From the IMG/VR virus record IMGVR_UViG_3300046519_000060, positions 1 to 64,000 of that record: DNA of 64,000 nucleotides. One strand, given 5' to 3'. Both the position numbers and the translations under genes were made by a program. Of this stretch, positions 45,749 through 54,831 are shown piece after piece. The notes under the pieces are model-generated. The model was not told the origin of the DNA. It searched no databases and worked only from the letters and a program-made list of their open reading frames with translations. This DNA is from a virus. Its lineage: Duplodnaviria > Heunggongvirae > Uroviricota > Caudoviricetes. The stretch's first letter is position 1. Each line of letters begins with the position of its first letter.

Positions 45749-45919
45749 ATGACGAATCAAGAACTGCGGGCGAAGCGCGAAGGCCGGAACGCATGGGGTC
45801 GTGACTACCCGCTGTCGCTGAACCCCTACCGCCACGATGAACCGAAGCTGCGCGAAGCGTGGCGTGACGGCTGGATCGAGCGTGACGCCGGTCAACAGAT
45901 GGACGCCAACGAAGATTAA
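45749..45919 (+). CDS. ribosome modulation factor (RMF)-like micro-protein
   Basis: 56 aa; RNAWGRDYPLSLNPY...WRDGWIERDAG resembles E. coli RMF RAHQRGYQAG...CPY...WLGGWREAMA. Confidence 0.4.
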   Translation: MTNQELRAKREGRNAWGRDYPLSLNPYRHDEPKLREAWRDGWIERDAGQQMDANED

Positions 45920-45927
45920 GGAAAACC

Positions 45928-46140
45928 ATGAAGTACGAACAACTCGCAACCGACCTACTGTTCGGGTCCGTCAAGGTCGTGGACATCGGCCCGAAGTACG
46001 GACTACAGTTCCGCAAGGGTAAAGACGCCACGCACATCATCAAGGCACGCCAGAAGGCCACGAAAACCGGGCATGGCAAGGTAGAATTCGAACTCTCGAT
46101 GCTGGAAGTCTACTTGAAGGAAATACTGAAAAAGGCTTGA
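45928..46140 (+). CDS. hypothetical protein
   Basis: RBS taaggaaaaccATG. Confidence 0.45.
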   Translation: MKYEQLATDLLFGSVKVVDIGPKYGLQFRKGKDATHIIKARQKATKTGHGKVEFELSMLEVYLKEILKKA

Positions 46141-46166
46141 CTCCGAATTCCCAAGTCTGGTATAGT
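46137..46166 (+). promoter_or_regulatory. sigma70-like promoter (TTGACT-18-TATAGT)
   Basis: ttgactccgaattcccaagtctggtatagt. Confidence 0.5.
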
Positions 46167-46195
46167 TTCACCATCGTAACGCATCGGGGAAAGAC

Positions 46196-46474
46196 GTGGA
46201 CATCAAGGAACTGAAAGCGGCACTGGCGACGAAGGGCTGGACGGAAGATGCCTACGGCCACATGAAGCGCGAAGTGCAGACCGTGAACGGCACGACGCTT
46301 TTCCGCGTGAAGGTCCAGAAAATTTCGATCCGGCTGGAACGCCAGTACACAATCGAAGCGATGGCTTACTCCCCGGCGCGCAAGGATTGGTCGCTTGTTG
46401 AAAGCGTTTACCTAAAAGATGTCAAACTCCGCGAAGACGGTGGTATCATCCTCGGTCGCAAGGTTTTGAAATAA
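46196..46474 (+). CDS. hypothetical protein (GTG start)
   Basis: cggggaaagacGTG. Confidence 0.4.
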   Translation: MDIKELKAALATKGWTEDAYGHMKREVQTVNGTTLFRVKVQKISIRLERQYTIEAMAYSPARKDWSLVESVYLKDVKLREDGGIILGRKVLK

Positions 46475-46513
46475 TCTTGCGCCTTGGGGACAATCTACAT
46501 CAGGAAGCGGAAC

Positions 46514-46870
46514 ATGAAAGAAATAACCAGTTCGGATTTTATGCCAGAACTTGCCGAAAGCATGGTGAATGTTTTCTGTAAGTTCCCGGTCAGTAACATC
46601 GAACACCTGATCCATACCATCGAAGAAAAACACAAACACGAGTATGGAGAATTGGCGTCGAAGCTGCTGAATACGATCAAGCTTGCCGTGGAAGAACTCG
46701 GCGCTAAGGTGACAGGTTCGTGCATGATCGATGATCTTTCTGTTGTCATTCAGTACGACGAAAGAATTACCGTCGAGAAGATCAAGCACAGTGTTGGGCG
46801 TGCGTGCTACTTCTTCTGGCAGCACAACATCGGGTTCACGAAAGAGGCCCAAGCTGCGCTGGAAAGTTAG
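46514..46870 (+). CDS. hypothetical protein
   Basis: caggaagcggaacATG. Confidence 0.45.
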   Translation: MKEITSSDFMPELAESMVNVFCKFPVSNIEHLIHTIEEKHKHEYGELASKLLNTIKLAVEELGAKVTGSCMIDDLSVVIQYDERITVEKIKHSVGRACYFFWQHNIGFTKEAQAALES

Positions 46871-46896
46871 TCGATGAAATAAACAGGTTTGGGGTG

Positions 46897-46924
46897 TTGA
46901 CAAACATTCCCAGACCTGTATAAT
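46897..46924 (+). promoter_or_regulatory. sigma70-like promoter with conserved spacer
   Basis: ttgacaaacattcccagacctgtataat. Confidence 0.6.
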
Positions 46925-46958
46925 TCTTTTCATCGACAACACGAACGGAGCGCACCAC

Positions 46959-47948
46959 ATGAACAAGATCAACGCTAACCAATTCCCGATCACCTTCTCG
47001 CTGGTTGGTGACAAGGCAGCGCACTACATCGCCAATCGTTTCGACGGCATCATCGCTGAAATCAACGAAGTCATCGACGCGGGCGAAATCATCGTCTCGC
47101 ACAACAAAGACCTTCGCAGCAAGATCAACAACGTGGTCGAAGCCGCGTTCAAGACCTACATCAATGAGCCGTTCTGCTACGGCGGCAAGTGGGAATCGCT
47201 CCCGGAAGAAATGAAGCACATCGGCTATGACACGCCGAACGAAGCCCGCCTGATCCCGGCATTCGAGCGTAAGATCGCCCGTCTGCGCAAGCAAGATCAC
47301 GCGCTGGTCATCGAATCGCGCAAGCTTATCGAAGAATTGAAGCCGCTGGCCGATGTGGTCGCCTTCTTGAAATCCATCGAAGTCAAGGCCACGGTCAAGC
47401 GTGCGGCAGAGAAGGTAAAGAAGGAAGAAGAACTGCGCATCAAGAATTCGACCGATGCCGTGTACCTCGCAGTTCTGCCGATGAAGGAACTCGCAGAGAA
47501 CCGCGCCGAAGTAGAATTCCGTATCATGGCTTCACAGGCGGGCGTGAAAATCTCGGAAGCTGGCGGCGTTCTCGATACGCTGGCCCCGATCCCGAAGAAG
47601 GCCAACGACTACGCCTACAACCTCGCGATACAACAGCGTCAGTTCTACCTCTCGATCTGCGACGATGACGGCGGCATCTTGAAGCTGTCGGAAGAACGCA
47701 TCGAAAAGGAAGTCGCCAAGGTTCGCCGTGATGCAGCATTCGAATTCGAAGCCTACGTCGCGAAGCTGAATGCTAAGATTGGCGCGAAGGTGGAGAAGGC
47801 AGTTCTGGAAGGTTCGCCGTGGAATGGATCGTACCTGACGGTGTATATCGACGGTCAGGATACGCAAGTCTGGAACACGAAGGTCATCGTCAACGTGTCG
47901 AAGCTTGGTAAGCTGTTCAACCAGTGGCCGACCCGCCAAGTGTCGTAA
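46959..47948 (+). CDS. hypothetical protein
   Basis: 329 aa; leader acgaacggagcgcaccacATG. Confidence 0.5.
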   Translation: MNKINANQFPITFSLVGDKAAHYIANRFDGIIAEINEVIDAGEIIVSHNKDLRSKINNVVEAAFKTYINEPFCYGGKWESLPEEMKHIGYDTPNEARLIPAFERKIARLRKQDHALVIESRKLIEELKPLADVVAFLKSIEVKATVKRAAEKVKKEEELRIKNSTDAVYLAVLPMKELAENRAEVEFRIMASQAGVKISEAGGVLDTLAPIPKKANDYAYNLAIQQRQFYLSICDDDGGILKLSEERIEKEVAKVRRDAAFEFEAYVAKLNAKIGAKVEKAVLEGSPWNGSYLTVYIDGQDTQVWNTKVIVNVSKLGKLFNQWPTRQVS

Positions 47949-47967
47949 AGAAAATCAGGTTTGGGTA

Positions 47968-47996
47968 TTGACGAACGATACCCAAACCTGTATTAT
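47968..47996 (+). promoter_or_regulatory. sigma70-like promoter with inverted repeat
   Basis: tttgggtattgacgaacgatacccaaacctgtattat; tttgggtat / atacccaaa. Confidence 0.55.
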
Positions 47997-48029
47997 TCTC
48001 ACATCGACAACGAAAACGGAGTGAACGAC

Positions 48030-48413
48030 ATGGAACTGAAACTCAACGTCAACATCTTCACGGTCCTCGGCTTCGTGCGCAACGATGATGGCACGTATCG
48101 CACGGTCAGTCATGCGGTCATCGGGACTAGCAGCGCGGACGCAGAAAAGCGCCTGATTGAGAAGGAAGGTGAATTGCTTGCTAAGACCCGACTGTTCATC
48201 AACACCGATGAATTGATGGCAGAGTACCCGCGTGAGACGATGATGTTCTACGGTTCGATTCGCGACAGCCTTTCGATGACCGAACAGCAAGTCTACCGCT
48301 GGATCAAGGACATGACGAAGGCATACGACTATGCCGACATGCCGTATGAACCGGCAGCATTCCGCGAATTCACGGTTCCTGAATTGAAGGTTGAAGATGA
48401 AAGCGCAGCGTAA
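48030..48413 (+). CDS. hypothetical protein
   Basis: aaaacggagtgaacgacATG. Confidence 0.45.
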   Translation: MELKLNVNIFTVLGFVRNDDGTYRTVSHAVIGTSSADAEKRLIEKEGELLAKTRLFINTDELMAEYPRETMMFYGSIRDSLSMTEQQVYRWIKDMTKAYDYADMPYEPAAFREFTVPELKVEDESAA

Positions 48414-48624
48414 AGCATCAAAGCGCGGAACAGAGGGCGAAGAAGCATGGTTCTCTGTCCGCGTAGACATCGAGCATCTAGCCTTACTGATTGATGTCAA
48501 CTTCCCGGACGGTTCCAAGCACACGATGGCGCTGAACGCGAAAGAAGCGGCGCTACTGAACAAGGAACTGGCCTTCGGTGCAGCAAGCCTCGAATCGGTC
48601 GTGCAGCACAAGAAGCGTAAATAA
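48391..48624 (+). CDS. hypothetical protein
   Basis: 77 aa overlapping upstream 3' end. Confidence 0.4.
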   Translation: MKMKAQRKASKRGTEGEEAWFSVRVDIEHLALLIDVNFPDGSKHTMALNAKEAALLNKELAFGAASLESVVQHKKRK

Positions 48625-48628
48625 AAAA

Positions 48629-48654
48629 GGGGCCACGAATGGCCCCGTTTCTTT
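48629..48654 (+). terminator. rho-independent terminator
   Basis: ggggccacgaatggcccc gtttcttt. Confidence 0.7.
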
Positions 48655-48665
48655 AAAGGATAAAA

Positions 48666-48863
48666 GTGAAGTACACGCAACAACAGCTTCAAGAAATGGC
48701 TGCTGAATTCCTCGGTCAGCTTTCCGGCCACAACGATGTACGCTGTCACCAGTTGATCGGTCGGATGGCGGAACAACTGAACATCCATCCGAACGCCGTA
48801 GAGCAGGGTATCCACATGCTGGCGATGGGGATGACGTTCAGCGTGCAACCCCAACCGGCTTAG
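48666..48863 (+). CDS. hypothetical protein (GTG start)
   Basis: aaggataaaaGTG. Confidence 0.4.
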   Translation: MKYTQQQLQEMAAEFLGQLSGHNDVRCHQLIGRMAEQLNIHPNAVEQGIHMLAMGMTFSVQPQPA

Positions 48864-49660
48864 ACCATCGCGAAGGCGTTCTTGAAGCCGTTCTCAACGG
48901 TTGATGTCGCACTCGACACCTTCTGCACCACGCCATCCACGATGCGGGTTTTAACCCCAAGCAGTTGACCCGCCTTGTTCCAATCGATCTGCTTGTAGTC
49001 GGCCCAATCCCGACACTTCCACTTCCTGTATGCGAAGGTCACTGACACGCGCTGGTGGTTCTGTGATCCGCTGTTCCCCTGCATGGACGAGACGATCTTC
49101 GGATAGCACTCGTCTATGACTGCCATGTAGACCGACCCATCGGACTTGTCCAGTTGACTAATCATCATCTGGGTACGGTACGTATCCGGGTACGCGATGG
49201 TCTGCGAATTGTAGTCCACGATGCAATCCATCCACGCATCAAACATCTTCTTCGTCCACATATCCCGATCAAGCACGAACGTCAGGGTCACGCCTGAGTC
49301 ACCGCCGTAGTCCATCCCAATCGGCATCGCCTGTCCCGGTCCATACGTCTGTCGATTCTTCGTGTACAGCGTGAGGGCAGGGAACGTGACCGATTCGAGA
49401 CGAAGCAACGAACTCTGCATCGAACCGCCATAGGGCGTCCCGGCAAGACATGTAGGTTGCGCCATGAACACTTCAAATCGACTCTCGGACGCCAGACCAG
49501 TGTTTAGGACTTCTGACTTAATCTGTTCGAACGAGAACTTCGCTTGGTCAGGCGCATTACTCTTGGTCTTGCCGATCCCGAGTGCATCACGCACCAAGTC
49601 ACCGGCAGAATTGACCGCGTTGTTGATGCCATTAATTGGCAGAAGATCAAAAAGTGACAT
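48860..49660 (-). CDS. tail-tube-fold baseplate protein (gp54/gp48/gp19 family-like)
   Basis: FEVFMAQP...TLYTKNRQTYGPG...VTLTFVLDRDMW pattern like gp19-family tube proteins. Confidence 0.45.
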   Translation of the reverse strand: MSLFDLLPINGINNAVNSAGDLVRDALGIGKTKSNAPDQAKFSFEQIKSEVLNTGLASESRFEVFMAQPTCLAGTPYGGSMQSSLLRLESVTFPALTLYTKNRQTYGPGQAMPIGMDYGGDSGVTLTFVLDRDMWTKKMFDAWMDCIVDYNSQTIAYPDTYRTQMMISQLDKSDGSVYMAVIDECYPKIVSSMQGNSGSQNHQRVSVTFAYRKWKCRDWADYKQIDWNKAGQLLGVKTRIVDGVVQKVSSATSTVENGFKNAFAMV

Positions 49661-49675
49661 GGTGTGTATTCCTTA

Positions 49676-50278
49676 TTAAACGTGCTGTTTTGCGTCGTGC
49701 CACACACGCTGCTTCGATGCCTTCTGGAACGCTTCCAACGGGAGCATGGCAGTCATAGGCCATGATGACGGTGGGATTTCAAGGAACTTCGATTCCAAAG
49801 CATCGTCACGGTACATCTTGAAGGCGAAGTCTGCACCAAGGTTCTTTGCTTTCGACAGGCGCATCAGAATGTCGTAGGACAGCTTGACTCGCGTCGTGGC
49901 GTCGAATTTATCGTTGTTCGTGATGTCGTACAGTGCCGACAGCAATCGGAGACGAAGGTCTGGCGGAAGGTAGTGCAAGTTCACGCCGTACCAGTAGTTG
50001 TGTCCGTTCTTACTGAACTTGTCGATGTAGAAGATCAGCGGCCACTTATCCCAATACGGCAAGGAATCCTTATGAATCGCGTCGTACTGGTACAGATACA
50101 TACGACCAACAACCGGGTAGGCGGTGATACGTCCAGTGTCGCCCATCAGCTTGTTGGCGCGATACGCAGACTGATTCAACGACTTGATCGCCAAAGTGAA
50201 CCAGTTCAATGACTGGCGCATGTTGGTCTTGGTTACTTTCAGGTTGTCGAACGGAGAGGGTTGTCGTCTGGTTGCCAT
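49676..50278 (-). CDS. hypothetical virion-module protein (gp2/gp3 position)
   Basis: 200 aa; late-promoter-like ATAAATAG 25 nt upstream. Confidence 0.4.
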   Translation of the reverse strand: MATRRQPSPFDNLKVTKTNMRQSLNWFTLAIKSLNQSAYRANKLMGDTGRITAYPVVGRMYLYQYDAIHKDSLPYWDKWPLIFYIDKFSKNGHNYWYGVNLHYLPPDLRLRLLSALYDITNNDKFDATTRVKLSYDILMRLSKAKNLGADFAFKMYRDDALESKFLEIPPSSWPMTAMLPLEAFQKASKQRVWHDAKQHV

Positions 50279-50303
50279 GTTGCACGGATAATGTTGTGTA
50301 CTA

Positions 50304-50768
50304 CTATTTATTCAGGCCCAACTCTTTTTCCGTGATGATGATGAACTTGTAGCCCTTGCGATCACAGAACTTCTTGGCAGCTTCCCACTTCGCTTGATTG
50401 GTCAGCCACATACAGACTTCCTCGACGTACTTCTTGGTCTTACGCTTAGGTTCCTTCGGCGCTTTCGTGTACTTGGCGGGCTTCACCTCTATCAAGTACG
50501 TGGTTACTTCACCATTCTTGTTGCGGATCGTCGCCTTGAAGTCCACGAAGTACCGGTGGGCGATGCCGTCAATGGGGCTGATGTAGGGGATGATGGTTTC
50601 TTCGCTTGACCATGTAAGCACATCGGTTTTCAAATCGAGATAATTCATCAACTTCAATTCCCAACTCGACCGATATGTGATGCTGTGAATGTCACCACGA
50701 TATTTCAAAGGGTTTCTCGGCTTCCACTTTCCCTTATAGGCGTTTGCGCCATATGCCATACTTCGCAC
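50304..50768 (-). CDS. 4: head completion nuclease gp4-like
   Basis: 154 aa; TYRSSWELKLMNYLD...HRYFVDF...LIEVKP; divergent from baseplate genes as in T4. Confidence 0.5.
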   Translation of the reverse strand: MRSMAYGANAYKGKWKPRNPLKYRGDIHSITYRSSWELKLMNYLDLKTDVLTWSSEETIIPYISPIDGIAHRYFVDFKATIRNKNGEVTTYLIEVKPAKYTKAPKEPKRKTKKYVEEVCMWLTNQAKWEAAKKFCDRKGYKFIIITEKELGLNK

Positions 50769-50803
50769 CTAAATATTGACTAGATAATCTATATAGGTGC
50801 GCT

Positions 50804-51991
50804 ATGTCTCTGCTTTCCTCAGTTATTGATGGCGTGAAGAATAAAGTCGAATCGGCTGTTACTTCCAAGTTGCCGTCGATTTCAAATCTCACGAAAAACA
50901 CCACAAAACTCGATGCCTTGAAAACGGTAGGGGCGAACACGCAAGAAATTACCCAGATGCAATACCCGGCTGATTTGACGGTTGCATCGGATCAGCCCCA
51001 TTGGGTCACGTTTTATATTAACGTGCGCGGTAAATCGAAAATCGCCCAACAAAGTCCGGGACAACTGGCAACCGGTACGGCCATTAGCATGAAGGGCGAA
51101 AACCGCCTCGATCCGGCCTCGATGGATAACGCTCTGATCGCGAACGCAGCGAAGGGTGGTGCGGTCACTGGTCTGGGAATCGGCAAGCGGATCGGATCGG
51201 CGGTGTTCGAAGGCGCAGTGAAGAAAGGAAACAGCGTCAAGGTGGCTGCGGCGAAGGGTTTCGCTACGATGGCTGCTGGTGGGGTCGCGGGAGCCGCTGC
51301 TGGCGGTCTAGCGGCCTCTATGACGGTCAAACCGGACGTTACCTACCGTCTGAAAGACTGCATCACCCTGAACGTCTCCCAAAGCCCGGTGTTTCACTCT
51401 GGCGCAGCTTACGATACGGTCGATTTTGGGGCGCTTGGCGGGTTCGCGGCGGGTGGGTCATCGTTCAGTGACACCATCAACGCATCGCAGCAGAATCAGG
51501 AAGCATTGCTGGCGGCGGCACGCGCGGGGATGAAAAGTCCGTCGAAGTTCCTGACGGGTGAAAACGTTGATGCGATGATGCAAGCAACCACGAAACAAAC
51601 GCTGAATCCGTATCGCGAAGTTCTGTTTAAGCAGGTTGGCTTCCGTAAATTCAGCTTTGATTATAAGTTCTATCCGCGCAGTCAGGCTGAAACGGATATG
51701 ATTCAGAAGATCGTTAAGACTTTCCGTTATCACATGCACCCTGAAATCTCGGCGGGCGGTTTCTATTATATCCACCCGAGCGAATTCAACATCCAGTATT
51801 TCTTCAAGGGTAAAGAGAACACGTATCTACAAAAGATTTCAACTTGTGTGCTTACCGATATGTCGGTTCGATATGGCGCAGCGGAACAGTTCTCAACGTT
51901 TGCGGATGGCGCACCAACGGAAATCAGCATGACGCTGGAATTCCAAGAGTTGGAGACTATGACAAAGGACCGCGTTGACGCGGGTTATTAA
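50804..51991 (+). CDS. baseplate tail-tube cap/initiator-like protein (gp48/gp54-like)
   Basis: 395 aa; Gly/Ala-rich middle; C-terminal tube-fold-like ...ISMTLEFQE. Confidence 0.45.
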   Translation: MSLLSSVIDGVKNKVESAVTSKLPSISNLTKNTTKLDALKTVGANTQEITQMQYPADLTVASDQPHWVTFYINVRGKSKIAQQSPGQLATGTAISMKGENRLDPASMDNALIANAAKGGAVTGLGIGKRIGSAVFEGAVKKGNSVKVAAAKGFATMAAGGVAGAAAGGLAASMTVKPDVTYRLKDCITLNVSQSPVFHSGAAYDTVDFGALGGFAAGGSSFSDTINASQQNQEALLAAARAGMKSPSKFLTGENVDAMMQATTKQTLNPYREVLFKQVGFRKFSFDYKFYPRSQAETDMIQKIVKTFRYHMHPEISAGGFYYIHPSEFNIQYFFKGKENTYLQKISTCVLTDMSVRYGAAEQFSTFADGAPTEISMTLEFQELETMTKDRVDAGY

Positions 51992-51993
51992 AA

Positions 51994-52575
51994 ATGAGCA
52001 TCCATGATTTAGACAAAGGCCGATTCTTGGCTAAATACGGTTCACCGAAACATCAAGAAAAGCTTCTGACGCATCCGCACGATATTGTTCGGGCGCATTT
52101 GGCAAAGCAAGGTACGGACGAACATCGCGACAAGCTGATTCATGATCCGAAGCCTTCGGTTGTGGCCGCTGCACTCTCTGGCCGGAACCCGAAGCATCTG
52201 GACGACCACATGTACAGCGACAACACCACGATCCGTAAGGCCGTGGCAAAATACGGTACTGTGGAACATCACGCCCTGATGATGCACGACAGGAATCCAG
52301 AAGTGCGTGCATCGGTCGGGCAGCATACCCCGGACACTTACATCACGGACAAGCTGGCACAAGACTCGGATCACTACGTTCGCGCGGCGGTAGCAAGCAA
52401 CCCACATACGGCGGATAGAACGATTGAACGACTTGGCGAAGATGAACACCCTTATGTTCGTCGTCATGCTTCTGACGAGGTTCAGCGACGCAATCCTCAC
52501 GCATGGCACGCCGAAACGTGGGGCGAAAGTGCAGTACATAGTTTCTCTAACCATCAACGTCTACTCTCAAAATAA
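51994..52575 (+). CDS. LRV/HEAT-type helical repeat protein, paralog 1
   Basis: repeats of about 24 aa: H.D..VR..VA..G...H.D.L; N-terminus FLAKYGSPKH. Confidence 0.6.
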   Translation: MSIHDLDKGRFLAKYGSPKHQEKLLTHPHDIVRAHLAKQGTDEHRDKLIHDPKPSVVAAALSGRNPKHLDDHMYSDNTTIRKAVAKYGTVEHHALMMHDRNPEVRASVGQHTPDTYITDKLAQDSDHYVRAAVASNPHTADRTIERLGEDEHPYVRRHASDEVQRRNPHAWHAETWGESAVHSFSNHQRLLSK

Positions 52576-52577
52576 CC

Positions 52578-53300
52578 ATGAACGCAGAAGATAGAGACGA
52601 CAACATTTCCAACTTCGGTGTTCGATTTGGTTCGAAGCGCATCCACGACAAGTTGGCAAGTCATCCGAACGAATACACACGCGAATCCCTCGCATCGAAT
52701 ACGCAACACAAAGACATCCTCGATAAGTTGGCGAAGGACAAGCGCCCGTCAGTGCGTAAGGCGACGCTTCGCTTCCACAACCATCAGGATCACATCGATG
52801 CAGCGGTCCATGATCCCGACTTCACGATTCGCGGAATGGTTGCGTACAAGAAGCACCATCACGATACGCTTGTACATGATGACGATGACTACGTTCGCAC
52901 GGCGGTTGCAACGGCAGGTTCGAAGAAGCACCATGACATTCTGGTTCATGATGACAGCGCGAAGGTTCGACAAGAAGTTGCGCAGCACGGTAGTGATGAA
53001 CACCGTGACAAGCTGATGCACGATGATAACTGGAAGGTCCGCGCGCAGGTTGCGAAGTATGGCAGCGATAAGCACCGCGATCATCTGGTTCACGATTCGG
53101 TTCCGGCAGTGCGCGAAGCTGTCGCAGAGCATGGCAACGACAGTCACCATCAAGTCTTGAAGAACGACTACGACAGCAAAGTGCAGTTCGCAACCATCAA
53201 CAAGACGAAGAACCCGGAAGTGCTGGATCACATGTCGAAGCATTCCGCATGGCCGACAAAAGCGGCTGACAAGTTGAAAACAGTAACCGCAGCTAAATAA
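52578..53300 (+). CDS. LRV/HEAT-type helical repeat protein, paralog 2
   Basis: LVHDDDDYVRTAVATAGSKKHHDILVHDDSAKVRQEVAQHGSDEHRDKLMHDDNWKVRAQVAKYG tandem repeats. Confidence 0.6.
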   Translation: MNAEDRDDNISNFGVRFGSKRIHDKLASHPNEYTRESLASNTQHKDILDKLAKDKRPSVRKATLRFHNHQDHIDAAVHDPDFTIRGMVAYKKHHHDTLVHDDDDYVRTAVATAGSKKHHDILVHDDSAKVRQEVAQHGSDEHRDKLMHDDNWKVRAQVAKYGSDKHRDHLVHDSVPAVREAVAEHGNDSHHQVLKNDYDSKVQFATINKTKNPEVLDHMSKHSAWPTKAADKLKTVTAAK

Positions 53301-53328
53301 TATACTAACTACCCGCTCAGGATAACGA

Positions 53329-54114
53329 ATGAATATCAATACCTCAATCGTCAACGCTTACAAGCTGGCGCACTGGTCGCAACTCGATGAAAGCCTTCTT
53401 ACCGAAGAACAGATGCAGTTCATCGTTGAGAACCGCATCGAACACTTGAAGAAGTCGAACCCGACGCTCGATACGTCGCATGACCCGCACGGCCAACATA
53501 AGGACGCTGGCGCGATCATCGACCACTTCGCAACCCATGCGGACCCGACCCCGAAAAAGACGAACACGCAATGGATCGTCGGCCAATACAAGAAGGGCAA
53601 CATCCGTCAGGAAGATGCCGGTCGCGTTCACTCGGCCCTGTCAAGCTTCGAGAAGTACAAGGGCAAGCTGGCAAACAAAGACTTGAACAGCTACAAGAAG
53701 GTGTCGGACGTTGAAGATGCAACGGCCCCGCACGAAGGTACGTTTGCTTCAAAGAAGGAAGAAACGCGCGCAGTGAAGCACGAAGGTGCTGATCTGAAAT
53801 ACGAAGATGACCACATCACGATCCACCACATCAAGAACGAAGATGCGGCAAAGCATTATGGCAAGGGTACGAAGTGGTGTACGGCTGCTGATAACAACAA
53901 CATGTTCTCGCACTATCACCAAGATGGTCCGATCCATGTGATTCACCACAAGACGGAAAAGCAAGAGAACGGTCAACCCCGTAAGTGGCAGTTCCACGCA
54001 GCTTCGAACCAGTTTATGGACGAGAAGGACAACGAGATTTCGCACGAAGATTTCGAGAAGATCAAGCCTTCGTTCCACAAAGCAATCGACGCACATCCTT
54101 CGATGGTGGAATAA
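53329..54114 (+). CDS. hypothetical protein (non-repeat gene inside array)
   Basis: 261 aa; preceded by CTAAATAA late-promoter-like motif at 53293. Confidence 0.5.
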   Translation: MNINTSIVNAYKLAHWSQLDESLLTEEQMQFIVENRIEHLKKSNPTLDTSHDPHGQHKDAGAIIDHFATHADPTPKKTNTQWIVGQYKKGNIRQEDAGRVHSALSSFEKYKGKLANKDLNSYKKVSDVEDATAPHEGTFASKKEETRAVKHEGADLKYEDDHITIHHIKNEDAAKHYGKGTKWCTAADNNNMFSHYHQDGPIHVIHHKTEKQENGQPRKWQFHAASNQFMDEKDNEISHEDFEKIKPSFHKAIDAHPSMVE

Positions 54115-54116
54115 AA

Positions 54117-54380
54117 ATGCGCGGACGCAATGACCAGTTCATTGCTAAGTACGGTTCGGATATGCACCGCGACAAGATCGCGTGCGATCCGAACACAAGC
54201 AATGGAGCTAAACAGCAACTAGCAATGTACGGCAACGACCGCCATCGTGCAAAGATTCTCATGAACACTGATAGTTGGGACACGGCACATATAGCGAAGT
54301 CTCATTATCAGGAACACAAACTAACGGATAAATCGAACGCCGAAATACGCGAACTGATTGCCAAGCATTTGAAGGATTGA
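54117..54380 (+). CDS. LRV/HEAT-type repeat protein, short paralog 3
   Basis: MRGRNDQFIAKYGSDMHRDKIACDPN; track ORF 53985 trimmed to ATG 54117. Confidence 0.5.
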   Translation: MRGRNDQFIAKYGSDMHRDKIACDPNTSNGAKQQLAMYGNDRHRAKILMNTDSWDTAHIAKSHYQEHKLTDKSNAEIRELIAKHLKD

Positions 54381-54381
54381 T

Positions 54382-54831
54382 ATGCACGAGAATAAGCTAG
54401 AGTTTCTAGGCAAGTATGGGTCGATCAAGCATCAAGATCGTGTTATATCCGATCCGTATGCGTCCCGAGACGCCAAGGTTGAAGTAGCACGCAAAGGCCA
54501 CAAGCCGCACCTTGATAAGCTTGTTCACGATTCCAACAAATTCGTTCGGTATAACGTAGCAAAGCATGGTCATGACGATCACCTTGACATCCTGATGCAC
54601 GACAAAGATCGCATGGTTCGTCAGGAAGTCGCTGAACAGGGTGGTCCGCAACATCACGATCACCTTGTCCATGATGAAGACCCATACGTTCGCGCATCGG
54701 TCGCTATGAACGGTCAGAAGCGCCATACCGAAGCGTTGCTGCGAGACAAGGATTCGAACGTGCGTGAAGTCGCTGAGTCACATCACCGGATGCACGTCTG
54801 GCGAGAGAATCGAGACAAGGAACAATCATGA
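54382..54831 (+). CDS. LRV/HEAT-type repeat protein, paralog 4
   Basis: HLDKLVHDSNKFVRYNVAKHGHDDHLDILMHDKDRMVRQEVAEQG repeats. Confidence 0.6.
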   Translation: MHENKLEFLGKYGSIKHQDRVISDPYASRDAKVEVARKGHKPHLDKLVHDSNKFVRYNVAKHGHDDHLDILMHDKDRMVRQEVAEQGGPQHHDHLVHDEDPYVRASVAMNGQKRHTEALLRDKDSNVREVAESHHRMHVWRENRDKEQS

